64,000 nucleotides of DNA, taken from a phage. This document shows, one piece after another, positions 7,931 through 16,958 of the stretch. Below the pieces are notes generated by a model. The model did no database searches. It worked only from the letters and a program-made list of their open reading frames with translations, and had not been told where the DNA came from. Position numbers and translations under genes: made by a program. Each line of letters begins with the position of its first letter. The first letter of the stretch is position 1. The DNA is taken from NCBI GenBank assembly GCA_037574385.1, contig GCA_037574385.1_4529.1; one strand, 5' to 3'.

Positions 7931-8887
7931 TTATTTGAAAGGTTTTACCATATGGAAATTTTGTTTGAAACGTTTGACGTAATCATCATGTCCTAAGCTT
8001 TGGTACATACTTACAACTTTGCTGTAGTTTTCCCAAGCATACTCACGGAACCAACCAGAGGTGATGCTTGTACAGACTTTTTCCAATGCCATCATAAAAC
8101 TGGCTTCAGGGTTAATTTTAAAGTCATTAGGAATCTGAGAACGTTCTAATGCTAGTACACATGATTCTTCGTATACACCGGCCAATTTGACCATTTCTGG
8201 TAATGATTCGAACTTCTCGCGTGAGGTCATGACTTCAGAACCATCTTTCATGTAAAATGTATAAGCCGGACGGTCTGTTAGTGCAATGGCTTCGTGAATA
8301 GTATCATGGTCATACGTATAGATGTCATCTTTAAAGAATGCGCTTTTAGAAGTGTCAAGAACTGGGTGAGCATAGTTCAAGGTTTCTTTCTGGCGTTTCA
8401 GCATAATTTCAGTAAGTTCATCGTTCAGTGTAACACCTTTACCACGAAGATACTGAATATGGTTCATAGTCTTTAAAAAGAATGGATTATTTTTCTTGAA
8501 ACGATGAGACATCTTAATTGCAAGACACATCTCAGGAGTTGCCCAGTAAAACCCGTTCAAACGGTCTTTAGTCAAATTTTTCTTGGCGTATTTTAAAAGG
8601 TCATAAGAAGACGTGAAATCTTCAGGAGTGAGTTCACCGACTAATTCACGGACATTAGTGATTGCCGGAACAATATACGCTTCAAAATGAGTTTCGCGTC
8701 CATTATGGAAGCATTTGAAAACTTGGACATCAGGGTTATCTTGGTGGACATATACACCCATCATTTGATTTTTGAATGTATTCCAAGAACCTTGGTCCGC
8801 AATAAAGTCCCAATCGCTATTTTTGATAGCGCTAGAATCAATAAGGCCATGATAGTGAAGTGCACGAGAACCAATAACTAACATCAT
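7931..8887 (-). CDS. Hypothetical protein (318 aa)
   Basis: Long ORF, no motif recognised. Confidence 0.5.
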   Translation of the reverse strand: MMLVIGSRALHYHGLIDSSAIKNSDWDFIADQGSWNTFKNQMMGVYVHQDNPDVQVFKCFHNGRETHFEAYIVPAITNVRELVGELTPEDFTSSYDLLKYAKKNLTKDRLNGFYWATPEMCLAIKMSHRFKKNNPFFLKTMNHIQYLRGKGVTLNDELTEIMLKRQKETLNYAHPVLDTSKSAFFKDDIYTYDHDTIHEAIALTDRPAYTFYMKDGSEVMTSREKFESLPEMVKLAGVYEESCVLALERSQIPNDFKINPEASFMMALEKVCTSITSGWFREYAWENYSKVVSMYQSLGHDDYVKRFKQNFHMVKPFK

Positions 8888-8915
8888 AATATTTTCCTCT
8901 GATTAATTCATTAAC

Positions 8916-9167
8916 TTAAATTTCACGACATGCGATATCATATTCATCCCAGAGGTCATCATGTGAAGCCTCTACCAATGGAACGATTGTACCGTTTATG
9001 TCTTCATTATAAGGACAAATTGTACAGTGCGCATCTTCGAATCGGATGCCTTTGTGTTCAGATTTTTTATAACGTATATCGAATATCTTTGCAAACTTTT
9101 CACGACTAATAGTTTTAGCAACTACTTCGGTTCCGATACTTTCGTAATAAATCATTGTGGACTCCAT
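8916..9167 (-). CDS. Hypothetical small protein (83 aa)
   Basis: ORF directly downstream of an early promoter. Confidence 0.45.
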   Translation of the reverse strand: MESTMIYYESIGTEVVAKTISREKFAKIFDIRYKKSEHKGIRFEDAHCTICPYNEDINGTIVPLVEASHDDLWDEYDIACREI

Positions 9168-9183
9168 TTAATTTGATAGGACT

Positions 9184-9213
9184 ACTATAACATAGCCCTA
9201 TCTTGTTGTAAAC
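9184..9213 (-). promoter_or_regulatory. T4-type early promoter within palindromic cassette
   Basis: GTTTAC-N18-TATAGT on minus strand; palindrome gataggactactataacatagccctatc. Confidence 0.55.
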
Positions 9214-9217
9214 TGTT

Positions 9218-9415
9218 TTAGCAAGAATAACTAGATGATACCCAGCCTTGAACAGTAATACTATTATTGGATAATGAGATCGCGTCCTGGAGATTCAGAC
9301 CTGCGTTATCTTCAATCCACAATGTAACTTCTTCGCGTTCTTCTGTTGCAATTTGGAACAGGTTTTCCAGAGCAGCTACTGCCGTACGTACAGCACAATC
9401 TAATTCACGAGACAT
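9218..9415 (-). CDS. Small protein, member 1 of a tandem paralog triplet (65 aa)
   Basis: C-terminus ...TVQGWVSSSYSC shared with the next two ORFs. Confidence 0.5.
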   Translation of the reverse strand: MSRELDCAVRTAVAALENLFQIATEEREEVTLWIEDNAGLNLQDAISLSNNSITVQGWVSSSYSC

Positions 9416-9424
9416 ATGATTTCC

Positions 9425-9697
9425 TTAACAAGTGTGAGAAGATGCAACCCAACCACCATCTTCAAGGCTCAGGTTGTAGTCGTATTGGTAAACGTCAGCC
9501 CATTCAGCCTGGCCGTTTTTTGTACAACGTTCAAGATCGGCTTTAAGATGTCCTGGTGAATGATAGGTTCCACCCATGCCATAAGCTGGATACAAGTCGA
9601 ATGTTGTGTTTTGTTTATTAGCAATTTCTTTGGCAGCCTCAATAGCTGCATAGATTTTTGCTACGGCTTCAGCCAGTTCGGTTTGTTCTTTAGACAT
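9425..9697 (-). CDS. Small protein, member 2 of tandem paralog triplet (90 aa)
   Basis: C-terminus ...DGGWVASSHTC; N-terminus MSKEQTELAEA. Confidence 0.5.
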   Translation of the reverse strand: MSKEQTELAEAVAKIYAAIEAAKEIANKQNTTFDLYPAYGMGGTYHSPGHLKADLERCTKNGQAEWADVYQYDYNLSLEDGGWVASSHTC

Positions 9698-9706
9698 AAT
9701 GATTCC

Positions 9707-10012
9707 TTAGCACAACGCAGAAGACGAAACCCAAGCACCTTCAGTAATAACGTAACCATTACCTTCACGCTTAACGTCGCCACCATTATTTTCAATTTCA
9801 TCTTTCATCCACTGGGATACGATTTCACCCTTAGGATAATAAGTACGACCGCTACCATAATCACCTACAGAAAATGATACGGCGTATTGGTCTGCGATCT
9901 TTGTTGCTTCTTCTTCGATACGTTCAGCTTGATTCAGAAGTTTATAAATTGCATCTGAAGCGGATTTGGCATCATTAAACTCTGGTACTTTAATTTCAAT
10001 AATCTTACTCAT
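9707..10012 (-). CDS. Small protein, member 3 of tandem paralog triplet (101 aa)
   Basis: C-terminus ...EGAWVSSSALC; N-terminus MSKIIEIKVPE. Confidence 0.5.
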   Translation of the reverse strand: MSKIIEIKVPEFNDAKSASDAIYKLLNQAERIEEEATKIADQYAVSFSVGDYGSGRTYYPKGEIVSQWMKDEIENNGGDVKREGNGYVITEGAWVSSSALC

Positions 10013-10071
10013 TTTCTACATTCCTTAATAAAGTTTTCGATTGTTTCATTTTCACGTCTAGCTAGGAGTTC

Positions 10072-10101
10072 ATTATAACTAATCATTTGAGAAGCGTAAA
10101 C
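10072..10101 (-). promoter_or_regulatory. T4-type early promoter (GTTTAC-N18-TATAAT) upstream of the paralog triplet
   Basis: Consensus -35 GTTTAC and perfect -10 TATAAT on minus strand in the 10013-10110 gap. Confidence 0.55.
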
Positions 10102-10110
10102 AGCATAAAT

Positions 10111-10503
10111 TCAGTTCAGGCTTTTGCATCTTATTTCCTTAACGAATTCCATAGCTTCTTCATATTCATACTTTTTAACAGCTTCATCATACTGAGCTTG
10201 GGCTTTTGCGCACTGAACTTTCCATTCTCTTAATCGGGCTCTGTGATGACGGCCTTGGTGCCAATATCCTACCCAATTAATAGGCATTAATAAAAACGGT
10301 ACAATAAGTGGTGCGACGAACATTAATGAAAACGCTGCATCAGACGATATAACTTTATTGGAATCTAAAATAGCTCCTATAATCATAAAGATTAAAAATG
10401 CTAAAGCTAAAATAGGACCAAATAGTACTTCATTTGGGATTAATTTACGCTTGTATTCATACGCCCAGGGCTTACTTGGCATGTATAGGGTTGGCTTTGA
10501 CAT
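10111..10503 (-). CDS. Hypothetical membrane protein (start uncertain; ORF-track ORF extends to 10533)
   Basis: Two hydrophobic helices (ILALAFLIFMIIGAIL, FSLMFVAPLIVPFLLMPI). Confidence 0.45.
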   Translation of the reverse strand: MSKPTLYMPSKPWAYEYKRKLIPNEVLFGPILALAFLIFMIIGAILDSNKVISSDAAFSLMFVAPLIVPFLLMPINWVGYWHQGRHHRARLREWKVQCAKAQAQYDEAVKKYEYEEAMEFVKEIRCKSLN

Positions 10504-11095
10504 ATTCTCTACATTCCATAATAAATTGCTCAAGGATTAAATTGTTAGTGAAATTAGGACTAACAACCATGGTTTCATAAAGAGCATCAATAGCACTTAA
10601 AGCATCAACTCTTTTAAGCAAAGGCTTGCCTTCATACATAGTTTCAGAATCGACGATTAACGTAAAGTAATATTTTTTGTTATCGACTAGAACTTCAGTA
10701 TCGATATAAAACATGTTAGACCTTAAGAGCTTATCTCTAAAACCATAATAATCTTCAGAGCGTTCGCTGATATATTCCCATTCGGTGTTTAAACAACAAA
10801 CAGACCACGTAGGAGCAACGAAATCAGTGAATCTAATATCATGGTCTGCAACTAGTTTAGCAATAGCTCCGATATCATGAATCATAATACCTGGGGCTAA
10901 TAAAGATTTTCTGCTATGGCTAGCCGTTTTCTCAGTTGTCTCATAAGAAGACGACCAGTACCATTTACGTCCAGTTGCAACATATCGTAATGAATCAACT
11001 AAAGACGTAGGTGGATTTACCTTATCTCGGAACTCTTCGAACATTGAGTCAATATCATTATTTTGGTTTCGCATGTTAACTCCTTTATTATCCAA
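10472..11095 (-). CDS. Hypothetical protein (207 aa)
   Basis: ORF with RBS AAGGAG; preceded by terminator hairpin. Confidence 0.5.
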   Translation of the reverse strand: MDNKGVNMRNQNNDIDSMFEEFRDKVNPPTSLVDSLRYVATGRKWYWSSSYETTEKTASHSRKSLLAPGIMIHDIGAIAKLVADHDIRFTDFVAPTWSVCCLNTEWEYISERSEDYYGFRDKLLRSNMFYIDTEVLVDNKKYYFTLIVDSETMYEGKPLLKRVDALSAIDALYETMVVSPNFTNNLILEQFIMECREYVKANPIHAK

Positions 11096-11097
11096 AA

Positions 11098-11115
11098 GGA
11101 GGACCGGAGTCCTCC
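11098..11115 (-). terminator. Intrinsic terminator-like hairpin (GGAGGAC-UCCG-GUCCUCC + U-run)
   Basis: Perfect 7-bp stem followed by UUUU on the minus-strand transcript, just after stop of 11124..11732. Confidence 0.5.
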
Positions 11116-11123
11116 GTATTATT

Positions 11124-11732
11124 TTATTTCAAAGAGTTAATATATTCTTGTACATCAGCAGAAGTGGTTTCAACACCGGCTGGAGCGCCATTGAATGTTT
11201 CAACGCGAGTCAGAGTGTCTTCGATATCAACCTTAGTCAGTGCAGCAATTTCAATTACATCATCAGCCGTAGAGATACCAAGAGCATTGGCTGCTCGAGT
11301 TTCGCGGATGTATTCAAGTTTGATTGCCAGGTTCTGACGAGCATCGTCAAGTTCAACCACCTTACGAGCAATTTCAATTCGCATAGCGGCATACCCGTCA
11401 GCTTTTGTATTAAGTTGTTCGGCGGTTCGACGATACAGAAGTCCAAGCTTAGCATGCATGGTAACATCTTGTCCTTCAGCCAGGAGCTTACGAATTTCAC
11501 GTTCCTTAGAAGCGGCTTGCTTGTTCTTTTCATTAACAAGTTCGCGAATACGTTTTTCTTCATTAATAGATTTAATAGAAGCCGTTTTTAGTTCTTTGAT
11601 TTGGGTAATCAACTTATCTGCGGCTGCGTTATACTGTTCTTCGACAGTCAGATTTTTAGCCATAGCAGTACCCAGTTTAGTGCGAATGAATTCAACAAGT
11701 TTCTTCAGTGTGTTCATATTATTACCTTTCAA
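11124..11732 (-). CDS. Coiled-coil protein, possibly PspA/IM30-like (202 aa)
   Basis: Highly charged heptad-rich sequence ([43 protein letters not shown]); fold assignment is a guess. Confidence 0.45.
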   Translation of the reverse strand: MKGNNMNTLKKLVEFIRTKLGTAMAKNLTVEEQYNAAADKLITQIKELKTASIKSINEEKRIRELVNEKNKQAASKEREIRKLLAEGQDVTMHAKLGLLYRRTAEQLNTKADGYAAMRIEIARKVVELDDARQNLAIKLEYIRETRAANALGISTADDVIEIAALTKVDIEDTLTRVETFNGAPAGVETTSADVQEYINSLK

Positions 11733-11787
11733 TTGGTGGTTTATTATCCAACGAGAGCATTATACTCTGCTCTCAAGAGTTTGTAAA

Positions 11788-12015
11788 TTATTTTTTAATC
11801 AAATTGACATAAAACTTGGCGTCTTCTGGGTGCATGCCTTCGCAATATTCTTCAACCATGAACTTCTTAACAGCTTCATAAGGACCACTCAGATTAAGCT
11901 CAGTTGTCCAGAACTTGGAATCTTGGACTGAATCGATACGAACTTCAGGGTGTCGGTTGCGAATAACTTCTTCGGTGTATTCATAATCAACGACATCAAT
12001 ACTAACTTTAGCCAT
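11788..12015 (-). CDS. Hypothetical small protein (75 aa)
   Basis: ORF with RBS GAGGAGAAA preceded by the promoter/5'UTR module also found at ~48620. Confidence 0.45.
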   Translation of the reverse strand: MAKVSIDVVDYEYTEEVIRNRHPEVRIDSVQDSKFWTTELNLSGPYEAVKKFMVEEYCEGMHPEDAKFYVNLIKK

Positions 12016-12044
12016 TTTGTTTCTCCTCTGTAGTTGATAAGTCT

Positions 12045-12074
12045 ATAGTATCACCATCCTTGGTGTTTGTACAT
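12045..12074 (-). promoter_or_regulatory. Early-promoter-like element (TGATACTAT extended -10; divergent -35)
   Basis: About 30 bp identical to the cassette upstream of 48344..48613 (gtagttgataagtctatagtatcac). Confidence 0.4.
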
Positions 12075-12082
12075 CATTATTT

Positions 12083-12388
12083 TTAATTTTTCCAACTTAA
12101 CAACTTGTAGTGTCCTTCATTCGTACGAGGTTTATCCCAAGAAATACTAATATATGATTCACTGTCAATAGAAGTCGCCGGGTTTTTCTCTACCGTAAGA
12201 CCTTCACTTTCCAGCCATTCAATAGTGTTTGCGCATAAATCTGAAGAACACCTCATCGGAAACTGGCAAGATTTTTCACCTTTAGCTGCAGCATTATACA
12301 TCTTTTCTAAAATACGCTTTTGCACGTTTTTAAAAATAGTTTCAGCAGATTCTTCAGATTTTTTATTCAGTTCAGTGTAAAGACTCAT
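12083..12388 (-). CDS. Hypothetical small protein (101 aa; start at MSLYTEL with SD GAGGAG)
   Basis: ORF; ORF-track ORF extends 9 codons upstream. Confidence 0.45.
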   Translation of the reverse strand: MSLYTELNKKSEESAETIFKNVQKRILEKMYNAAAKGEKSCQFPMRCSSDLCANTIEWLESEGLTVEKNPATSIDSESYISISWDKPRTNEGHYKLLSWKN

Positions 12389-12445
12389 AATATTCTCCTC
12401 ATTAATAGGGCTCATAATATCTCAATCATAAGCCCATGTACGCAT

Positions 12446-12721
12446 TTATTTCATATTATCGAAATATTCTTCAGCGATTTCGACATTATCATGGTAAACT
12501 TTAGAAGACAGTTTAACATAACCTTCTGCTGCGAACATATTAATCACAACCTTTACAGTATACCATTGTCCGTCTTCATTACCCATTACTGCGTAAGTTT
12601 CAAACATCGGATGGTCAGGTCCAATAACTTTAATATCATTCACCGTACGTCCGAAATCTTCTGGAATGCATTTCATAAAGAAGTTGAACAGTTCACCGTA
12701 ATTATCCATTTCATTCTCCAA
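12446..12721 (-). CDS. Hypothetical small protein (91 aa)
   Basis: ORF downstream of an early promoter. Confidence 0.45.
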   Translation of the reverse strand: MENEMDNYGELFNFFMKCIPEDFGRTVNDIKVIGPDHPMFETYAVMGNEDGQWYTVKVVINMFAAEGYVKLSSKVYHDNVEIAEEYFDNMK

Positions 12722-12751
12722 GGTTTTTCTGTATCGGTAGTTGATAGTTGT

Positions 12752-12781
12752 ATAGTACCACGGAAGAACAGGGATGTAAAC
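12752..12781 (-). promoter_or_regulatory. T4-type early promoter (GTTTAC-N18-TACTAT)
   Basis: Minus-strand motif; same cassette family as ~4864 and ~48644. Confidence 0.5.
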
Positions 12782-12883
12782 AGTTTTGTGAAAAAAATTT
12801 TTAAAAAGTTTTGGGGAATTCTAGGACAGGGAGAGGAAAGGCCTAGATACCAAAAAGCCCTATCTAAATGATAGGGCTTAAAA

Positions 12884-13447
12884 TTATTTACCTAGTTTAG
12901 TTATTATAGCTTCGGCAGCAGCTTTTAGCTTAGATGCAGTGTTAATACGATTTTTAATTTCGGTATACGCATCGCCAAGAACATCAAGGCTATCAGAATA
13001 AACACTTACACTATTGCGTTCGCTATTTGAAATAGAACCTTTAGTTTTACGATCAAAATCAGTGTACACGTCTTGAAGATCACGGGCTGCCTTCTTTGCA
13101 TCATCCAATGCGTCAAGAGCTTTATTCAAAGCATTGACATATTTTTTAGTGTCAAACATATTCTTAGAAATTTTAACAGGTGCACGTTCAGGAGTAGCTA
13201 AGGCGGATTTAGGAACCTGTGTGCCAGCTGCCAGTTTCTTAGAAATTTTGAAAAACGCTTTATTGAAACTATTTTCTTGACTCATCGTAAAAGAACTAGT
13301 ATCGATGTTATACATTTCAATAGCTTTAGCTTTCCACTTAAGAAAATCGCCACGGTCTTTTGGATCCAAGTTGAAGAATACTTTAGTAAGATCTGCTTCA
13401 GATGGTAATTTTGCTGCTTCGGTTAAAAATTCGGCATAGGTTTTCAT
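12884..13447 (-). CDS. Capsid-targeted internal protein candidate (187 aa) beside the tRNA cluster
   Basis: N-terminus MKTYAEFLTEA (CTS-like); Lys/Ala-rich. Confidence 0.55.
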   Translation of the reverse strand: MKTYAEFLTEAAKLPSEADLTKVFFNLDPKDRGDFLKWKAKAIEMYNIDTSSFTMSQENSFNKAFFKISKKLAAGTQVPKSALATPERAPVKISKNMFDTKKYVNALNKALDALDDAKKAARDLQDVYTDFDRKTKGSISNSERNSVSVYSDSLDVLGDAYTEIKNRINTASKLKAAAEAIITKLGK

Positions 13448-13531
13448 TTAAAATCCTTGAAATAATTTATCGGTTTGTTATTAATTATTTATTACTTTGG
13501 TATTATCAGTAACAGCATTCTCTGAGTGATT

Positions 13532-13564
13532 CAAACTAAAAAGCCCCAACCTTTCGGAAGGGGC
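13532..13564 (-). terminator. Rho-independent terminator closing the tRNA/stable-RNA cluster
   Basis: Minus-strand hairpin GCCCC..CC-GAAA-GG..GGGGC followed by UUUUUAGUUU. Confidence 0.6.
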
Positions 13565-13617
13565 TAAGCCTTGCGGCAACCTTGTCGGGGTTCCACCTGC
13601 TAAGGCAAGTGTTTGTA

Positions 13618-13708
13618 CGAAACGCCGGGATTCGAACCCGGTTATTAAGCAGTTGACGCTACTCAATATTTTTAAAAGGCCATATCTCGACCATATCCGA
13701 ACGTTCCG
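13618..13708 (-). ncRNA. tRNA-like or small stable RNA (canonical T-arm; no clean cloverleaf found)
   Basis: Minus-strand CCGGG-UUCGAAU-CCCGG T-arm and a pairable 7-bp acceptor-like stem 91 nt apart; D and anticodon arms not resolved. Confidence 0.25.
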
Positions 13709-13876
13709 TCAAAAACGCTACTCGGCTTACGGCAAAGATATTTCCTCGAATCGATAATTCTGTGCGCCGTTTCTGCTGTGATGTAAGGGGATATTAACAA
13801 ATCGTAAAGATTTATTAAGACCAGTCCTTACTCAGGGAACATCAGTCCGACGACTTGCCGGTAGCGACCCGGCTTC

Positions 13877-14221
13877 TTATTTTGACATATCATCAATTTG
13901 TTCTCTACGTCTACGCCATAGATTAATTACTTCATCAACACATTCAGCGTTTGATATATGACGGCAATAATATAATGATTCGCGTTTCTGGAACCGATGT
14001 TGCAATGGGATTTCGTTTAAAAGGTCTTTACGGTCAAAGTATTCAAAACTAGTTAACCCGGAACGATTTTTAATGAACTTCCAATGACCGAATTCATTTT
14101 GAACATAGATGTAATCGGCATGTTGATAAAGTGAATTAATCAATCGGTCTGAAATAACTGTATCATGTTCGTTAAAATAAAACGTTAAATCATGAACTAC
14201 TAAATAGACATTACCTTTCAT
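13877..14221 (-). CDS. Hypothetical protein embedded in the tRNA cluster (start at MKGNVYLVV; ORF-track start would overlap tRNA-Arg)
   Basis: ORF between tRNA-Arg and the stable-RNA region; no nuclease motif recognised. Confidence 0.4.
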   Translation of the reverse strand: MKGNVYLVVHDLTFYFNEHDTVISDRLINSLYQHADYIYVQNEFGHWKFIKNRSGLTSFEYFDRKDLLNEIPLQHRFQKRESLYYCRHISNAECVDEVINLWRRRREQIDDMSK

Positions 14222-14239
14222 ATTTTCCTCACTTATAAT

Positions 14240-14316
<77 letters not shown>

Positions 14317-14322
14317 AATATA

Positions 14323-14396
14323 TGACCCAGACCAGATTCGAACTGGTAACCTTTCCCTTATGAGGGGACTGCTGCTAACCGTTGAGCTACAGGGCC
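14323..14396 (-). tRNA. tRNA with anticodon CAU (Ile2-type or Met), CCA not encoded
   Basis: Acceptor GGCCCUG/CUGGGUC (one U-U mismatch), anticodon loop CUCAUAA, T-arm ACCAG-UUCGAAU-CUGGU; lies 6 nt upstream of tRNA-Arg. Confidence 0.55.
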
Positions 14397-14475
14397 TAAA
14401 TAACTTTCTATTATGAAAGGCACTTTAGAGCACCTTTGGTAATAGAGGGTATGAATTAATAATATCACATAATTC

Positions 14476-14991
14476 TTAAAGCAAATCAATCATTTTAACA
14501 GTCGGCAAAACGATTTCTTCTTCAATATAAGCAAATTCAACACATTCGACTACACGCAAGAAATCATAATCATAATATTCAGAAGCATGGCCAAGAATAT
14601 CAATGAGACCTTCTGATACTAAATATCCATTCTCACGGAACAGGTCAAATACACGTGATTCATCTTCTTCAGATTTATTACCGAGGTCGACTTCAATATC
14701 AAAGACCTTTTTAATGAATTCTGGATAAAGCTGGTCTGAGAACAATCCTTCAACCAAGTATTCATAGATTAAAAGCGAGCAATCACTGAATGGTGTATTA
14801 CCACAGTAACGTTCAGCTTTAGTGCTAGAATGACGACTCTTAAATTTCTTCAAAAGATATTTAAACTGTTGGAGCTCATGCTCTTCCACTTCAAACAATG
14901 TTTTGGTTTTATAGTTGTCACCATCATTTTCATAGGTAGTGACATCAATTACATAACCCTTAGGAATTGTACTGCCTAAACAAATATTCAT
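14476..14991 (-). CDS. Hypothetical acidic protein (171 aa)
   Basis: ORF; Glu/Asp-rich. Confidence 0.45.
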   Translation of the reverse strand: MNICLGSTIPKGYVIDVTTYENDGDNYKTKTLFEVEEHELQQFKYLLKKFKSRHSSTKAERYCGNTPFSDCSLLIYEYLVEGLFSDQLYPEFIKKVFDIEVDLGNKSEEDESRVFDLFRENGYLVSEGLIDILGHASEYYDYDFLRVVECVEFAYIEEEIVLPTVKMIDLL

Positions 14992-14995
14992 TTAC

Positions 14996-15286
14996 TCACC
15001 GCACCATATTAATGTAATTATATTCAATACAACGTAATTTCAAAGGATTCTTGAAAATATTGTATTCAAGAGGGCCTTTTTCTGTTTCAATAAAGAAATC
15101 AAAGTTAACTGTGTTAAATTTACCGTCTTCACAGAGTAATTTAACTTGCGAAGATGAACGGTCGATATAAACCTTTTCAACCTCAAAGTTAGTCAGAATA
15201 CCATAGTCATTAACTAGTGCTTTAGCTGCACGTTGATCGCTTTCGTATCCATTCTCAATAGATGACACTTTAGCATAAAGAATCAT
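14996..15286 (-). CDS. Hypothetical protein (96 aa)
   Basis: ORF; ATGA overlap with upstream gene. Confidence 0.45.
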   Translation of the reverse strand: MILYAKVSSIENGYESDQRAAKALVNDYGILTNFEVEKVYIDRSSSQVKLLCEDGKFNTVNFDFFIETEKGPLEYNIFKNPLKLRCIEYNYINMVR

Positions 15287-15645
15287 GAATGTTCCACCAC
15301 TTCAAAGGTATGAGCATCAACAATATGATACCAGTCAAAATTTTCTTCTGCGTTTTTATAAATTTCGCGAAGAGCCTCAACAGTTTTTCCTGTAGCAACA
15401 AGGTCGTCAATACCACCAAGAGGATAACAGTCATAACCAGCAAACAGAAGGAAATTAATAGTTTCTGTAGGTTCTGGATGCAGAACTCCATTATCGTCTA
15501 CCACTTCAAAGAAAGTGTAAGAAGGAGTATAAGTTTTAATCCAGGCCCATGCTTGTGCTGCTGAATCAAATGGCCTGCGTATCAAACGACAATCATGGTC
15601 TTTAGAAGGATTTGCTTCAAAATCCGCATATACGTGATATTTCAT
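15283..15645 (-). CDS. Hypothetical protein (120 aa; start at MKYHVY, SD AAGGTGAG)
   Basis: ORF with RBS. Confidence 0.45.
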   Translation of the reverse strand: MKYHVYADFEANPSKDHDCRLIRRPFDSAAQAWAWIKTYTPSYTFFEVVDDNGVLHPEPTETINFLLFAGYDCYPLGGIDDLVATGKTVEALREIYKNAEENFDWYHIVDAHTFEVVEHS

Positions 15646-15646
15646 T

Positions 15647-15853
15647 TTACTCACCTTTTGCAATTTTATCCATAACGATAGCGATTAAGCCGATTAGAAA
15701 TGCTACTACCAATGAGATAGAATTTTCGGTTGTTGTCAGTAGTCCACAAATGAATCCTACAAACATCGAAAAACTAAAAGCCATTGAAGCAATTACTACA
15801 GCAACATTACGAATCAGTTCAGCGCGTTTCATTTTATTTCTCCATTTACTCAT
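15647..15853 (-). CDS. Hypothetical small membrane protein (68 aa)
   Basis: Two hydrophobic helices; follows an early promoter. Confidence 0.45.
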   Translation of the reverse strand: MSKWRNKMKRAELIRNVAVVIASMAFSFSMFVGFICGLLTTTENSISLVVAFLIGLIAIVMDKIAKGE

Positions 15854-15869
15854 TTCGTTTTGATAGGAC

Positions 15870-15899
15870 TACTATAACATAGTCCTATCAGCATGTAAA
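15870..15899 (-). promoter_or_regulatory. T4-type early promoter within palindromic cassette
   Basis: GTTTAC-N18-TATAGT; palindrome gataggactactataacatagtcctatc, identical to the copy at ~7881. Confidence 0.55.
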
Positions 15900-15903
15900 C
15901 TAC

Positions 15904-16191
15904 TTACAGAAGAGTTTTTGCAATAATTTTAAGCTGAGCTACAGAAATATGCTTAGCTTTAAACAGTGCAGTCTCTTCAGCCGGAGAGATAACAATAGTA
16001 GCGCCGTCTTTCTTAGCAGACCATCCATCCCCTAAGTAAACAGTACCTTTTACTTCTTCGCCATCAACCAGACTAATCATTGGTTTACCCTCACGTCCTT
16101 TATTTGCTTTAATAACTTCAGAAGTAAGGGTTGCTTCGGTCAGAGTAGAAACGTTAGCAACAGGTGATATAAATTCTTTATAGGTTTTCAT
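15904..16191 (-). CDS. ipI: Internal protein I (IPI-like; in T4 an inhibitor of GmrSD type IV restriction)
   Basis: 95 aa, CTS MKTYKEFIS; central region matches recalled T4 IPI (SEVIKANKG.EGKPMISLVDGEE.KGTVYLGDGWSAKKDGATIVISPAEETALF); beside 57B as in T4. Confidence 0.75.
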   Translation of the reverse strand: MKTYKEFISPVANVSTLTEATLTSEVIKANKGREGKPMISLVDGEEVKGTVYLGDGWSAKKDGATIVISPAEETALFKAKHISVAQLKIIAKTLL

Positions 16192-16225
16192 TTTATTTCC
16201 TTGAGGTTGTTTATTTGATAGGATG

Positions 16226-16255
16226 ATAGTATCACACCATCATCCTTATGTAAAC
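16226..16255 (-). promoter_or_regulatory. T4-type early promoter upstream of ipI
   Basis: GTTTAC-N18-TACTAT; variant palindrome ggatgat..atcatcc. Confidence 0.5.
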
Positions 16256-16268
16256 TGTTTTGTGAAAA

Positions 16269-16954
<686 letters not shown>

Positions 16955-16958
16955 TTTA

